In this document: positions 35,564-47,490 of the stretch, in pieces
Numbering within the stretch: the stretch's first letter is position 1
Layout of the letters: each line of letters opens with the position of its first letter
Origin: Rhizaria sp. SCN 62-66
Lineage: Eukaryota
Direction: 5' to 3'
NCBI GenBank assembly: GCA_001724265.1
Contig: MEDY01000224.1
Span: 1-64,000, forward strand
Length of the DNA: 64,000 nucleotides
Translations under genes and position numbers: made by a program
The notes under the pieces: generated by a model
What the model saw: only the letters and a program-made list of their open reading frames with translations
Databases searched by the model: none
What the model was told of the DNA's origin: nothing

Positions 35564-37966
35564 ATGGCTTCGAAGCGCGTGCTGATCAGCCAGCAGGTGA
35601 CGCGCAACCTCGGCGACCGCTCCGACGAGAAGCGCAAGCAGGCCGCGCTGGAAATCGAGCAGTTCGTCAAGTCCCTCGGCGCGCCGTCGGCCGCCACGCA
35701 GGAGCGCGTCAACACGGTCATCTCCACGCTCGTGTCGGACTTCCTGCTCTCGTACCAGCCCAACATGCGCAAGGGCGGCCTCATCGGCCTCTCGGCTGTC
35801 ACCATCGCGCTGCTCGACTCCGCGGGGTCCTACCTCACGCGCCTGTTGCCGCCCGTGCTGCGCTGCTTCCTTGACCAGGAGCCGCGCGTGCGCTACTACG
35901 CCTGTGAGGCCCTCTACAACATCGCCAAGGTCGTTCGCGGCCAACTCCTCCTCTTCTTCAACGAGGTCTTTGACGGGCTCTGCAAGCTGTGCGCCGACAG
36001 CGACGCCGACGTGCGCGCCGCGGCCGCGCTGCTGGACCGCCTCGTCAAGGACATCGTCACTGAGTCGGCCGCGTTCGACCTGGAGCGGTTTGTCCCGCTG
36101 CTGCGCGAGCGCGTGCGGCTTCGCTCGCCGCTCATTCGCCAGCTCATCCTGGGCTGGATCGCGCTGCTCGACGCGCTGCCCGACGTCGACCTGCTCGAGT
36201 TCCTCCCCGAGTACCTCGGCGGGCTCTTCGACATGCTCTCGGACCCCGCGAAGGAGGTCCGCCAGCAGTCGTACTCGACGCTCGCCGTGCTGCTGCGGCA
36301 GATCGTGCACTCGCCCCGCGTCGACCTGGGCTCCCTCGTCCCCATCCTGACCGTCCAGGCCGGGCTGCGGGATAACTTCCGCCGCCTCACCGTGCTCACC
36401 TGGGTGCGCGAGTTCGTCCACCTCGGCAAGGGCGCCGTCCTGCCGTTTCTGCCCGACCTGCTCGCCGCCGCGATGCTCTGCATGGGCGACCCCGCGCGTG
36501 AGATCCGAGCGAAAGCGCAGCAGTGCAACGACGCGCTGCTCGCGCTCGTCGTCGACACCTCGGCCGCCGCCAACTCCGCCGCCAACTCCGCCGCCGCCGC
36601 TGCGACAACGACAGCAGCTGGCGAGAACACTGACGCAAACAACAACCCCGAGAATGCGACTGGTGCAACTGTGAGCGCGAGTGCGGGTAACAGCGCCGCG
36701 CTGCCGGCGGTGGACCTGGGCCGCATTGTTGGCACCGTCACCGGCGAGCTCTCGTCCCCGTGGTTGCCCGCGCGCCTCTCCGCGTTGCGCTGGACGGCGA
36801 TGCTCCTGGCGCAGCACCCGCGAGCGCTCTTCGCCCACCTGCACACGCTTTTTCCCGCGCTGCTCTCGACGCTGCAGGACGCCGACGAGCAGGTCGTGCG
36901 TCTCGCACTCGAAGTGCTGGCCCGGCTGGCGCTCGACGCGGACGGCACGCTGCACCCGGCCTCGCTCGACCTGCTGCTTAGCAACATTTTGCGCCTCTGC
37001 GCCAGCGACGTCGCCTTCCTTGAGGCCCGCGGCGGCCTCGTTCTACGCCAGCTCTCTTTGCTGTTGGACGCGCGCGCCGTGTTCACCCGTCTGGCGGAGC
37101 TGCTGGCGCGTAACGGCGACGTCGAGTTCACGGCTCTCATGGCGCAGACACTCGGGCTGCTGCTGCTGTCGGCGACCGAGCTCCACGGGCTCCGCAGCGA
37201 GGTGCGCGCGAGTCTGCGCTCCGCCGCGGGGCGCTCGCTGTTTGCGACGCTGTTCACGACGTGGGCCCACGCGCCCGTCGCCGCGCTTGCGCTCGCGCTT
37301 CTGGCCGAGGGCTACGAGCTCGCCGCGTGGCTGGTGGCCGAGCTGGCGCGCGGCGAGGCGACTGTGGGCGCGCTGCTGCAGCTGGACCGGCTCGTGCAGC
37401 TGCTTGAGTCGCCCATCTTCGTGCGCACGCGGCTGCACCTGCTGGATCCGGTACGCCGGCCCGCGCTGCACCGCGCGCTGTACGGCGTGCTCACGCTGCT
37501 GCCGCAGTCCGCCGCGTTCGCGAGCCTCAAGGAGCGGCTGCAGTCCGTGGCGCCTTACGTTGCGCTCACGGCCTCGCTCTCAGCTGCGAACGTGAACGCG
37601 ACCAGCAGCGCTGCGAGCTTGAACAGTAAGAGTGCTAAGGGGAAGAGTACAGCGGCGACTGCTGAGGACGACGACGACGACGACGGGGACGAGACGGAGG
37701 ATGATGGCGACGCGCCGGTGCCGCCGCTGCCGCGCGACATGGAGAAGGCGCTTAAAGAGACGTTCCGGCGCGTGCAGATCCAGCACCAGGAGAAGCGGCG
37801 GCGCGTAGCGGCCTTCGCGTCGCTCATGGGCGACGCAGACGGGGACCTGCTCGGCGACGAGGCGGCCGACGGCGAGGACGAGCAGGGCGCTGACGGCGAG
37901 GGCGACCTCGAAGACGTTACCACCGGAGACGGGAACAACAATGAGGCTGAGGAGGTCGCGAAGTGA
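35564..37966 (+). CDS. VAC14: VAC14, HEAT-repeat scaffold of the PIKfyve/Fab1-FIG4 complex, ~800 aa
   Basis: L.D...EKRK.AALEIE, RKGGLIGL.A..IAL, RVRYYACEALYNIAKV, LLDRLVKDIV and QLDRLVQLLESPIF..RL.LL...LYGVL.LLPQS.AF..L..RL are characteristic VAC14 motifs. ATG 35564, TGA 37964-37966. Confidence 0.97.
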   Translation: MASKRVLISQQVTRNLGDRSDEKRKQAALEIEQFVKSLGAPSAATQERVNTVISTLVSDFLLSYQPNMRKGGLIGLSAVTIALLDSAGSYLTRLLPPVLRCFLDQEPRVRYYACEALYNIAKVVRGQLLLFFNEVFDGLCKLCADSDADVRAAAALLDRLVKDIVTESAAFDLERFVPLLRERVRLRSPLIRQLILGWIALLDALPDVDLLEFLPEYLGGLFDMLSDPAKEVRQQSYSTLAVLLRQIVHSPRVDLGSLVPILTVQAGLRDNFRRLTVLTWVREFVHLGKGAVLPFLPDLLAAAMLCMGDPAREIRAKAQQCNDALLALVVDTSAAANSAANSAAAAATTTAAGENTDANNNPENATGATVSASAGNSAALPAVDLGRIVGTVTGELSSPWLPARLSALRWTAMLLAQHPRALFAHLHTLFPALLSTLQDADEQVVRLALEVLARLALDADGTLHPASLDLLLSNILRLCASDVAFLEARGGLVLRQLSLLLDARAVFTRLAELLARNGDVEFTALMAQTLGLLLLSATELHGLRSEVRASLRSAAGRSLFATLFTTWAHAPVAALALALLAEGYELAAWLVAELARGEATVGALLQLDRLVQLLESPIFVRTRLHLLDPVRRPALHRALYGVLTLLPQSAAFASLKERLQSVAPYVALTASLSAANVNATSSAASLNSKSAKGKSTAATAEDDDDDDGDETEDDGDAPVPPLPRDMEKALKETFRRVQIQHQEKRRRVAAFASLMGDADGDLLGDEAADGEDEQGADGEGDLEDVTTGDGNNNEAEEVAK

Positions 37967-38399
37967 AATATCTTGTGGTGGTGAGTGATCTATCTCTCCA
38001 AGTATTAGTTTTGCGCGACATATCCGCAACCAGGCCTGGTATAAAGACTCCACTAGTATTTGATTGATAGTTTAAATACAAAAAATGTATTTATAATTCA
38101 AAATATAAATCTCCCACGACACACAGCTGCTAAATGTGACATCTCCCAGTCAGATCCAGTCCACTAGCCAGCCAGACTGTGACTGTGAGCAGAGGGCGGG
38201 AAGTTAGGCCGGACCGCTGGCTGTGGTTCCGGTCTGGGTTGCAGTGTGGGGGAGGCAGTTGTGGAGTCGCGGGGTGTTTTGCAAGGTCGATTGCGCGACG
38301 AAGACACCGACAATACTGTTTCGGCTGGCTTTTTAGAGTTTCCCCCTCCAAGCGGCAATTACTCTTTTGTTTACAAGCGCACGGCGTAAGAAGTAACTA

Positions 38400-39686
38400 A
38401 TGTTCCGCCAGCTTCTGCGGACTGGTGTGTCGGCTGCTGGCAGCACGAGCGCCGCCCTCGCGAGCCACGCCAGCCTGGCGTCCTCCTCTGCGTCCAACGT
38501 CTGGGCTTCGACCGTGGTGTCCATCCCGTCGCTGTCCTTCGCCAAGTACCGCCCTACGGCGAAGAAGAAGAAGATCAAGACGCGCGAGGCCGTCAACATG
38601 CACAAGCTGCGCCAGGAGCACGAAAAGAAGTTCATCGCCGAAGATGAGGACTACGTCGAGCCCTCGCCGTCCGCGCTGGGCAACGCCCTCATCTCGGCCT
38701 GCACTATCCTCGAGCGCGTGCCCGTGGTCGTGCCCAAGATCCCCGAGTGGGAGCTCGTCTGGCTGGAGCGTGAAGACCGCATGCAGGAGCTGCGCTCTAT
38801 CGACCTGCCCATGAGCATGAAGAAGAGCGTCTACGGCAAGAACGCCTACTTCCCCGCACTGCCCAAGCTCGACATCCTGCCCAACTACACCGAGGACGAC
38901 GCCAAGAACGACCGCAAGTCGATCTACCGCAAAATTGACCGCCCGCTCTACCTAATCGTTAAGACGAAGCAGACGGCGGACCCTGCTCTGCCTGCCGAGG
39001 TCTGGCACTTCCCCTCGGGCGAGTGGCGCCAGGGCGAGACGCTGCGCAAGACTGCCGAGCGCGGGCTCTTCTACTCCATGGGCGACCTGCAGTCGTACTA
39101 CCTTGGCAACGCGCCCATCTGCGCGCTCGAGCGCGACGCCGCCGCCGGACACAAGAAGGACTACCCCCAGGTCGAGAAGATCAAGGTACGTTTCTTTCTG
39201 CCAACATCGCTGAGGTGTCATATATACTCAACTCAACGTGAATTGATGCTATATAGGTTATTTAGCTCTTTTTTGTCATTCATTGTCATTGTTTTTGCTG
39301 TATGCATCAATCTGTGTCATGTACTCTCACGTATCTTTCTTCGCACTCATCGTATCTTTGCTCGTCTCGTCCCTCTTGCGTCTTCTCCATCTGCTTCCCC
39401 CGCCCAGTCGTTCTATCACCACGCGCTGTACCTGGGCGGTAAGGTCGACCTGGAGGAGGGCTCCGAGTTCCTCGACTACGCCTGGGTGGCCAAGGAGGAG
39501 CTCGCCGAGTACTTCACATCCCCTCTGTCGGCGCCGCTGGTGCAGCTGGCCGAGTCCGTGCTTTACTACGACATCGACTCCGACCCCGAGGACTTCCCGC
39601 GCCCGCTGCCGCCCAGCGCCGCGGACCAGGAGGCCGCCGCCGACGCCGCTGCGTCCAAGAAGGGCGGCAAGGCCAAGAAGGCCTGA
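38400..39686 (+). CDS. MRPL46: Mitochondrial ribosomal protein mL46 (Nudix-like fold); exons 38400-39185 and 39408-39686, ~354 aa
   Basis: Transit-peptide-like N-terminus; ILERVPVV, TEDD.KNDRKS.YRK.DR.LYLIVK, W.FP......GETLR.TAER.L, GNAP and DYAWV.KEEL motifs. Intron 39186-39407 GTACGT..CAG. Confidence 0.9.
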   Translation: MFRQLLRTGVSAAGSTSAALASHASLASSSASNVWASTVVSIPSLSFAKYRPTAKKKKIKTREAVNMHKLRQEHEKKFIAEDEDYVEPSPSALGNALISACTILERVPVVVPKIPEWELVWLEREDRMQELRSIDLPMSMKKSVYGKNAYFPALPKLDILPNYTEDDAKNDRKSIYRKIDRPLYLIVKTKQTADPALPAEVWHFPSGEWRQGETLRKTAERGLFYSMGDLQSYYLGNAPICALERDAAAGHKKDYPQVEKIKVRFFLPTSLRCHIYSTQRELMLYRLFSSFLSFIVIVFAVCINLCHVLSRIFLRTHRIFARLVPLASSPSASPAQSFYHHALYLGGKVDLEEGSEFLDYAWVAKEELAEYFTSPLSAPLVQLAESVLYYDIDSDPEDFPRPLPPSAADQEAAADAAASKKGGKAKKA

Positions 39687-40197
39687 GCGCCGCGCAGCAC
39701 AAGCAGAAGCGTGAGCTGAGGCTGAGAGTCGGTTGGGGTGAGGTTGGGTTAGAGGCGCGACGGTGTGCGCCGCCAAAAGTATATTTAAGATGTTATAAAT
39801 CGTGTAATAATACAACAATTAGTTATAAATATCTACGACCTTGCTACCTTTGCGGAAATTCGGGTTATAAATAATCGAATCAAGATGGATATGCGTTGTG
39901 AAAGCAAGATGCGAGATGCTCCAACGGCTGTGACCAGACCAGAAGCAGCAATCGGTGACAATGTATGCGGTGCTCTCGCGCAAGAGAAAAGAGGGCATTC
40001 GAATCGGCATCTGTGCAAGATCAATATACGTTTGTACAGGGATTTGTCGGACTAATCCGATAGTCGCGTGAATTTTCTATCATATATTTTATATTCACTT
40101 TTCCAATCACCTTACATCCTTGTTTATTTTACGTTACAAAGAGAGAGCTCTCAGACAGTAGGAACGGCTTCTCTCGCCTCCCCCGCTCAGAGCCGCC

Positions 40198-42915
40198 ATG
40201 CTGTCACGCGCGCCTGCCGCGAGCGCTGCCTTCCAGCGCGTCCTGCAGCGCGTTGGCGCCACCACCTCGGCCGCATGCGCCCCCGCGCCCGCGCTTTCCC
40301 AGCCCGCGCTCGGCCCATATCTGCCCGTCGCAGTCTCAGCGCTGGCCTCAGTCGCATCTGCCTCCGCCTCCGCCTCGTCGCCAACCGTGGCGGTCTCAAG
40401 CAGCAGCCGCGATGCGGCCGCTGTCTGCGCCGCGGCGGCCCCGCGCCCCGTGCTGCCGCCGCCGTACGCGCCCGCGGCGGCCACCGCCGCCGAGGCCTGC
40501 ACTTCGTCGCGCTCGCCGGCCACTCCGCTCACAGGCGCAGGCGCAGGCGCATGCAACTTCGCCGTCGCTGCCTCGCCGGGCTCGCCGCGAGTAACGCACT
40601 CGCGCCGCGCATTTGCGACCGGTGCCGCGCTCGGAGCGAATGCCTCAGCGCGAGCGCGAGCAGGGGCGGTGACGATGACGGGGTTAATCGGTGCGTCATC
40701 GTCGTATGCCGCTTCGTTCTCGTCGTCTGCTGTCACATCCAACAGCAACAATGCGAACAATAGCCGCCAAATTGGCGACATCCCTACTGCCAAGTTTGAC
40801 TCCATTGCGCCGCCCGTTGCGCCCGGACAGACGCGCGCGCGCACGCGGACGCAGACGCAGGCACCTAGCAACCACAACAAAGCAAGCGCTAAGAACCCCA
40901 GCAGGAACAGTGGACAGCCGCCATCGACAGCGCCTGGTGCAAGTCCTCCCGCGACCGTTTCCGCAAGCGCCAGTCATAGTAGCACTAACGCCAACAAGCA
41001 GTCGAGGCACGCGAATATCACTGCTACTCCCAGTCAGTCCGCGACCGTGACACACGGTCACTCCCTGTCACCCTCCGCCCCTCCGATGCCGACGCCGACG
41101 CCGGCGCCGGTGTCTGTGCCGATGGGCCACAACTACGCGCGCGCGCGGCTCGGCGATCCTTACTACGGCTTTGGCAACGCGCTCTTCGAGGACCACGCCG
41201 CTGCCGCCGCCATCGCTGCCCCGCTCGACGCCGCGGTCAACGGCTACGGCTACAGCGGCAGCGGCAGTGACCGTGACAGTCGCCCACTTGGTGCCAGCGC
41301 GAGCGCAAGCGAGGCTGACAGTGCGAGCGTTGCTGCGCTGGAGGCGGGCGACATGGACACGCTGCGCTCGCTCGCCGCAATGCACGCCGTGCGCGCAGAC
41401 CTGCTCGCGATCCGACGCGCCACGCTGGCCCCGCGGACCAACGCGGCGGGCGGCACGGCGGCCGGGCAACACGACGACGACAACCTCGACTACGACGACG
41501 ACGAGTACGACTACGCGCTGAGGAGGGCTGACGCAGGCGTGTCCTCTGTCGCCGCCACGGCCGCCGCCGCCGCCGCCGCGCTGGCCGGCATGTCCGCCGC
41601 GTCCGAGACGCTGGCGCTGGGGTCGCGGCGTGTGGCGTGGCTCGACGACTCGATGCCGCCCGCCGAGACCGTGGCCGAGCTCACGGTCACCCTCGCGGTC
41701 GGCGACGCGGACACGGTCGCCGGCCACGACCGCAGCCTTGACGATGGTCACGGGCTCGCTCACGGTCACTCGAGCGCTGGCGCGGTCTCTGGACACAGTT
41801 TCGTGGATGACGTCTCCGCCGCCGCGATTGCGCGCAGTCGCAGCGTCGTCTTGCACAGCGGTCTGCTGGGGACCCACGGCCGCGACCACGCGAGTCAGGC
41901 GGTGTCCTCGCTGTTCATCGCCGTGAGCGCGCCCAAAGACGTGGCGGCGCTCGTGGCCTCGATCGTCGACCCAGAAGGACCCTTGCCGTTCAACAAAAAC
42001 AACGCCAACAGCAATAATGATGACGCAACCGCCGCTGCTAGCTGCGGCAGCAACGACGCTCATGACGCTGACGTGATCCCGCTCCCTAACGCGAAGCCTG
42101 GTAATAACAGCGGCAAGAGCCATGCCAACACCAAAGCCGCGCCGGAGCCCGCGCTCTCGGCCGCCGCGGCGGCTGCGGCGCTGCAGCTCCGCGACGCAGC
42201 CGCGTCGCTCGGGGGCTTCCCGCTGTCCTCGTTTCTGGCGACCGACGACGGGCACCAGCGGCCCGCGGCGCTGCTCTACCTCCGCGTGCGCGCCGCCCAC
42301 GCCGCGGGCCGCGCGCCGGCGGCCGCGTTGCTGCTGGCAGGCCGCCGCCTCGCCGCCGTGGCCGCCGAGGCGCTCGCGCCGCTGCCGGCGGGGTATTTGA
42401 CTGCGCTGACAGACGCGCTGCGGCGGGACGGCGCCGCGACCGACGCCGCGGTGTGCGAGCTGCTCATCGCGGGCTGGGCGCGCGCGGGCCACCCGGCCGT
42501 GGCGGCCGCAGTGGCCGAGGCCGCGCTGGGGCTCGAGTCGCCCGCCGCGCGCGCCGGCCGGGCGCTGCTGGGCGGCACCGCGGCGAACCCCGTCGCGCCG
42601 CTCGGGCTCGGCGCGCTCAGCAAGCTCGTCCAGGCCTGTGCGCGCGCGCGTCTGGGCGGCGTCGCCGTGCGTGCGTGCGCGCTGTACGCCTCGCGCGCGG
42701 GCCAAAGCCCGCTGGGCGACCCCGCGCTGCTGTCGTCGCTGGTGACCGCGCTCCTCGCCGCGGGCCGCTTCGGCGCCGCGCTGGCCGTGATGCGCGCGGC
42801 CGAGCTGCCGGGGCGCGCGTCAGCGCTGCCCGCAGCCGCTGCAGAGAGCTGGCTCGTCGCCGTCAGCGACACCCTCGGCCGGGGGCACGCGCTGATGCTG
42901 CCGGTGCCTCACGCT

Positions 42916-42971
<56 letters not shown>

Positions 42972-45900
42972 AACGAACACGAATTCAAACACAGGTAACT
43001 CCAATCGTGCGACGGACACGAGTGCGTCAAGGAGTACTGCTGCTGCTGTAGGTAATAATCGAGAGGCGCAGCGGCCGGACTACAACTGGGACCGCGTCAC
43101 GGTGCCCGCGACCGCGGCCGCCGTCCCCGCCTCCTCCCTCCGCGGGCCCCTGCTCTGCGCGCTCTGGAGCACCACGCACGTGCCCGCGGCCGAGCGCGCG
43201 CCGCTGAGCGCGCTGCTGCGGCTGCTGCTGGCGCTGCTGGGGGCGCGCGCGGCGCCGCTGCCCGCGCGCGCCGGCAACGCGCTGGTGCAGGCTGCCGCGC
43301 GCGCGGGCGACCCGGCGCTGGCGACGGCCGTGCTGCTGGCGCAGACGCGCGCGCTGCGGGCCGCGCTCGCCGCCGCGCTGCAGCGAGGCGCGCTGGCGAC
43401 GGGCGCGCTCGCGACTGTGGAGCATCCCGCGCTGGCGCCGCTGTTCGCTGAGCTCGAGGACGCGCTTGCGGCCGCGCAAAGCGTCACCAGCGAGCCCGCG
43501 GCGGCCACGACGGGCGCCGTGCTTGGAGTCGCCGGCGGCGGGGACGGCGTGGACCTGCTGGGTGACCGTGAACTGAGCGACCGTGAGCATCAGTTCGACA
43601 TCGGCGGCAGCGGTGACGGTGAGACAAACTGGTCGACAACAATGGCACAAAGTCAGACTGCGGCGGCTCTCGTTGCGGCGCTGCCCGGCGTCGAGCCGCT
43701 TGACAGCGTCGGCCTCGCGGCGGCGCTGACGACGCTGCTGCGCGCTGCTCCGCTGCTGACGCGCGAGACCGCCCACCTGCGTACACACGCGCACGCACTC
43801 CACCGGAGCGCGAGCGCGGGCGCGGGCTTTATGAATCGCAGCAATGGTCAGGAGAATGCAAGCGAAGGCGCTGTGACTGAGAGCGAGGTGGACGGCGAAA
43901 CGGTGTCTGAGACTGGAGTCAATGACAACAACAGCAACAACAACTACGGCGCGGCGAGGATTGTTCTCCCTGACTCTCTGCTTTTGAGCAGCGATGGCTC
44001 CATCTCGAACTCTGTTGCCGCGACTTGCAGCACTGCCAGTGTCAACAGCGTCGAAGGCGTCCTGACACGCTCCTGTGTCACTCAGTCTGGATCTGAGTCA
44101 AATCCTGTGTCTCTCTCAGTCTCCGCGTCCAACGCCCCGGTGCCCGCGCCCGTGCCCGCCGAAGTCGTCGCGGTCGCGCGCGCCACGGACTGCGCGCTGT
44201 CGCTCGTGCACGCGACCGCGCTCGACGCCGCCACCGCGCTGCGCCTGACGCTGCTGCTGCGGGTTGCTGACGGTCACGGCATCACCGCCGCGACCGCGGC
44301 CGAGGCCACCTCGCACCTCGCCCTGCCCGCGGCCGCCGCGGCCGCCGTGGCCGCCGCGCCGCCGCTGCAGCCGATGCTGGCATGCACGCGCGCTCTGTCG
44401 GGCGCCGCGCTGACCCCGGCGATGCTGCAGGCGCTCGCGGCCGCGCTGCAGTCGTTTCCGCGCTCGTCGCAGGCCGTTGGGCTGGCCGCCGCGGGCGTGC
44501 TAGCGCGCACAGTCGCGGCCGCCGCAGACTGCGCCGCCGGCATCCCGCCCTCCAACAACACCACGAGTCACACTCCAAACGGGCTGGCGGTGAGCGTGGG
44601 CGGCGAGGAGGCCGCGAACGCGCGGATCATGGGTGCCGGGGCGAGCGCCGAGGCCGACTGGGCCGCGGTGATCGCCGAGCGCTGTCTCCACTTGGCGGAG
44701 CGCGACGAGGTGAGTGCCGCTGGGAACGGTCGAAATCGCTCGTTTAATGACGACGATGTGGAGGATACGGACGTAATGCTGCGCGCTTTGGCTGTGGACT
44801 TTGCCCCCGAACTCACTGCCCACGGCCACATCACGGCGAAGCACTCCGCGAGCCGCAGTATCCATGAGATCATTCTCGACGGCGAGAGCAACAACAACAA
44901 CAACAACAACAAGGACGACGACGACGGTCACAGTGGCGAAACTGACGACGACATGACTGATGTTGATCGCGCCGACGCGAGCGCGAGCCTTAACACTGTC
45001 TCCGAGTTCGAGGCTTCCCTCGTCTCTCGCTACAACAGGTATCGTGCCTCGCTGCCGCCCCCGTCCGCTCTCGCGCTGCCCGCCGCCGTGCCCGCCAAGC
45101 TCCCCGCCGCCGCAGCCGCCGCCGCTGCGCTGGCCCAGGTCTCGGCCACCGCCGCCGTCCAGGCCGGCGTGCGCGCGCGCGTGTCTGCCCTCGTCTCCGC
45201 TCTGCTGACCTCGGTGCGCGCGACGCACCGCGCCCGCCACGCGCTGCCCGCTCTCGACTTGCGCGCCTGCGCCACGGCGGTGCTGTCCGCGCTGGGCGCA
45301 GCGCTGACGTACGAGCTTCCCGGCGTCAACGGGCTCGCCGCGGCCGACGCGAGGCTGAACAAGCACATGAACCTGTGGCCCGCGCCGCCCGGCGTCGCTG
45401 CGCGCTCGCTGGCTGAGGCCGCGGCGGCGCAGTCGGCGCTCGCATCGCTCGCCCCCGAGCATCCTTTGCTTGCTGCGCTATAGCACGCGACCAAGCGCGC
45501 TCCTCTCAACGCCAATGCTGCTGCTGACCCCAGGACTTACCCCAGTGTCAGTGGCAGTGGCGGCGCTCGCAGTGGCGGCGTTCGCAGTGACGACGGTGTG
45601 TCTGTGAGCCCGCGCGGCCTGCAGCTGGCGACGCTCGCGCTGGCCCACGCGCAGCACGCGCGGCGGCTAGACTTCCCGGCCCGCGCGCGCGCCGCGCTGG
45701 CGATCGCGGCCGTGCGCAGTGCCGTCCCGCGGTCCTCGCACGACACGGACCTGGCCATCGCAACGCTGCGCGCGCTCGTCGGACTGGGCCTCCATAACGC
45801 CGCGACGGCGGTCGCCTGCGAGGCGCTGGCGCTGCTGCACCGCGAGAGCGCGCTCAGCGCCGCGGAGCTCGCCGCGCGCGGCGGCAGCGCGGGCATCGCG

Positions 45901-47490
45901 GCGGGCGCGGCTGTGCGCGTGACCGAGGCCTACTGCGCGATGCTGCGCGTGCGCTACGAAGGCACGCACACGCTGCGATTCCTTGATAAAGTGCGCGCTA
46001 TCTTCGCCAATCCCGTTGATATTCCTAACAACAGCGGAAACATCATCAACAGTGCGCTCTCGAAGTTCTATCTCCCCAACAATCGCAACAGCGTCAACCC
46101 GAATGACTTACTTTCTCTGCTGAGTTCAACTGCACCCGCGGCGACTGTCCTGCAGCAGCGCGGCGTCGGCCTCGCGGCCGGCGGCGGCGTCGCCGCGGGC
46201 GCTTGGGCCGGGCTGTCGAGCGTCATGGATCCGCTCTCCGGCCGCTCGCTTGCCGCCGTGGCCTCGCAGTGCGCGCTGCGCGCCCTCTCGACCGCGCCGG
46301 GCCTCTCCCGCGAGGCGCTGCTCTCGCACGCGCTGTCCGCGCTGCTGCAGTCCGCGCGCGCGCGCGCCGCAGAAAGCGGCGATGTCGACAGCGACAGCGC
46401 CGCCGCAGAGACCGTCCCGACCATCGACGCGGTCAACGAGGCCATCACGGCGCTGGCGCGCGCGGGCGCGGAGCAGCAAGCCATGGAGCTGTTTCTCTGG
46501 GCGGCCTCGCCGTCCACCTTCGTTGGGCTCGTCAACCGCGCCCTCCGCCCCCACAACAACAACGCCGTCGCGAGCACGACCGCTGATGCAAACTCTACTC
46601 TGAGTGCGAGTGCGCATGTGCGTGCAAGCAGTGCTAGCGCGTTCCGGCCGTCTGCGTTCATCGTTGCGCTCTTAGCCAAGCTCGGCCGCGCTCAGCAGCT
46701 GCGCGTGCCCAAGAAGTTAGGCCGCGGCGCGCTCTCGAGCCTCGCGCCGCCGCTGGCCGCTGGCGCGCTGCCGCCAACGCGCGCGCCCTCAGTCACCGCT
46801 CTGACTTATCTCGCGGTGATGAAGGCGGCGCAGCACAGCGCGGGCGGCGCAGGGAATGTTTTCATCCCCACAACGCACTCCGCTGCCACTGCCACTGCCA
46901 CTGCGGCAGCGACAGCGACTGACGCGAGTGTTGGTCTTATCACTAGCTCGCCTGGCGCCGCGGCTACGCTCGGCCGCGAGTGGGCGCGCCCACTGGCCCG
47001 CGAGCTGCTGCAGTGCTTTTCCGGCGTCTCTCCCGCGGCCGCGCTGGGCTGCCGCGTCTGGGGCGTCACCGTCGTCTCGGAGCGCTCCGCGGGCCGCGCG
47101 CACCGCGGCGGCGCCGCGATCCTGCTGCCCGCGCTGCCGCTGCCGCCGCCGCCGCCGGTGCTGCGCGCTTTCGTCGCGGCACACGCGCTCGCGCCCGCCG
47201 ACGCCGAGCGTCCCGCCGGCCCGCTGCGCGCGGGCGCGATGGCCACGCTTGCGCGGCTCAGTCCGGCGGCCGCGCAGCAGCGCTGGGTGGCGGCCGCGGC
47301 GGGTCAGCGCGTCGGGCACGTCGACGCGCTGTTTGTGCTGCAAATGGCCGCAGAGGCCGAGGAGGAGGCGCGCAAGGGCTGGGCCGCCGCTGATGCGTTG
47401 GGCGACAATGTGAAGAGCAACAGCAACAAAGGCCACAATGACAAAAGCAACAACAGCGGCAACGTCAAGGTCAAGGTCAAGGAGACTTAA
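40198..47490 (+). CDS. Large organelle-targeted divergent PPR-like protein, ~2430 aa, in-frame TAG at 45481-45483
   Basis: Transit-peptide-like MLSRAPAASAAFQRVLQR. PPR-like helix pairs (CELLIAGWARAG, LSKLVQACARA, LSSLVTALLAAGRFGAA, GNALVQAAARAGD) occur before the TAG and AVNEAITALARAGAEQQAMELF occurs after it. ORFs 40198..45483 and 45598..47490 are in one frame with an open linker. Terminal TAA. Confidence 0.7.
42916..42969 (+). repeat. (AAC)18 coding microsatellite, poly-Asn
   Basis: 18 consecutive AAC codons within the PPR-like CDS. Confidence 0.95.
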
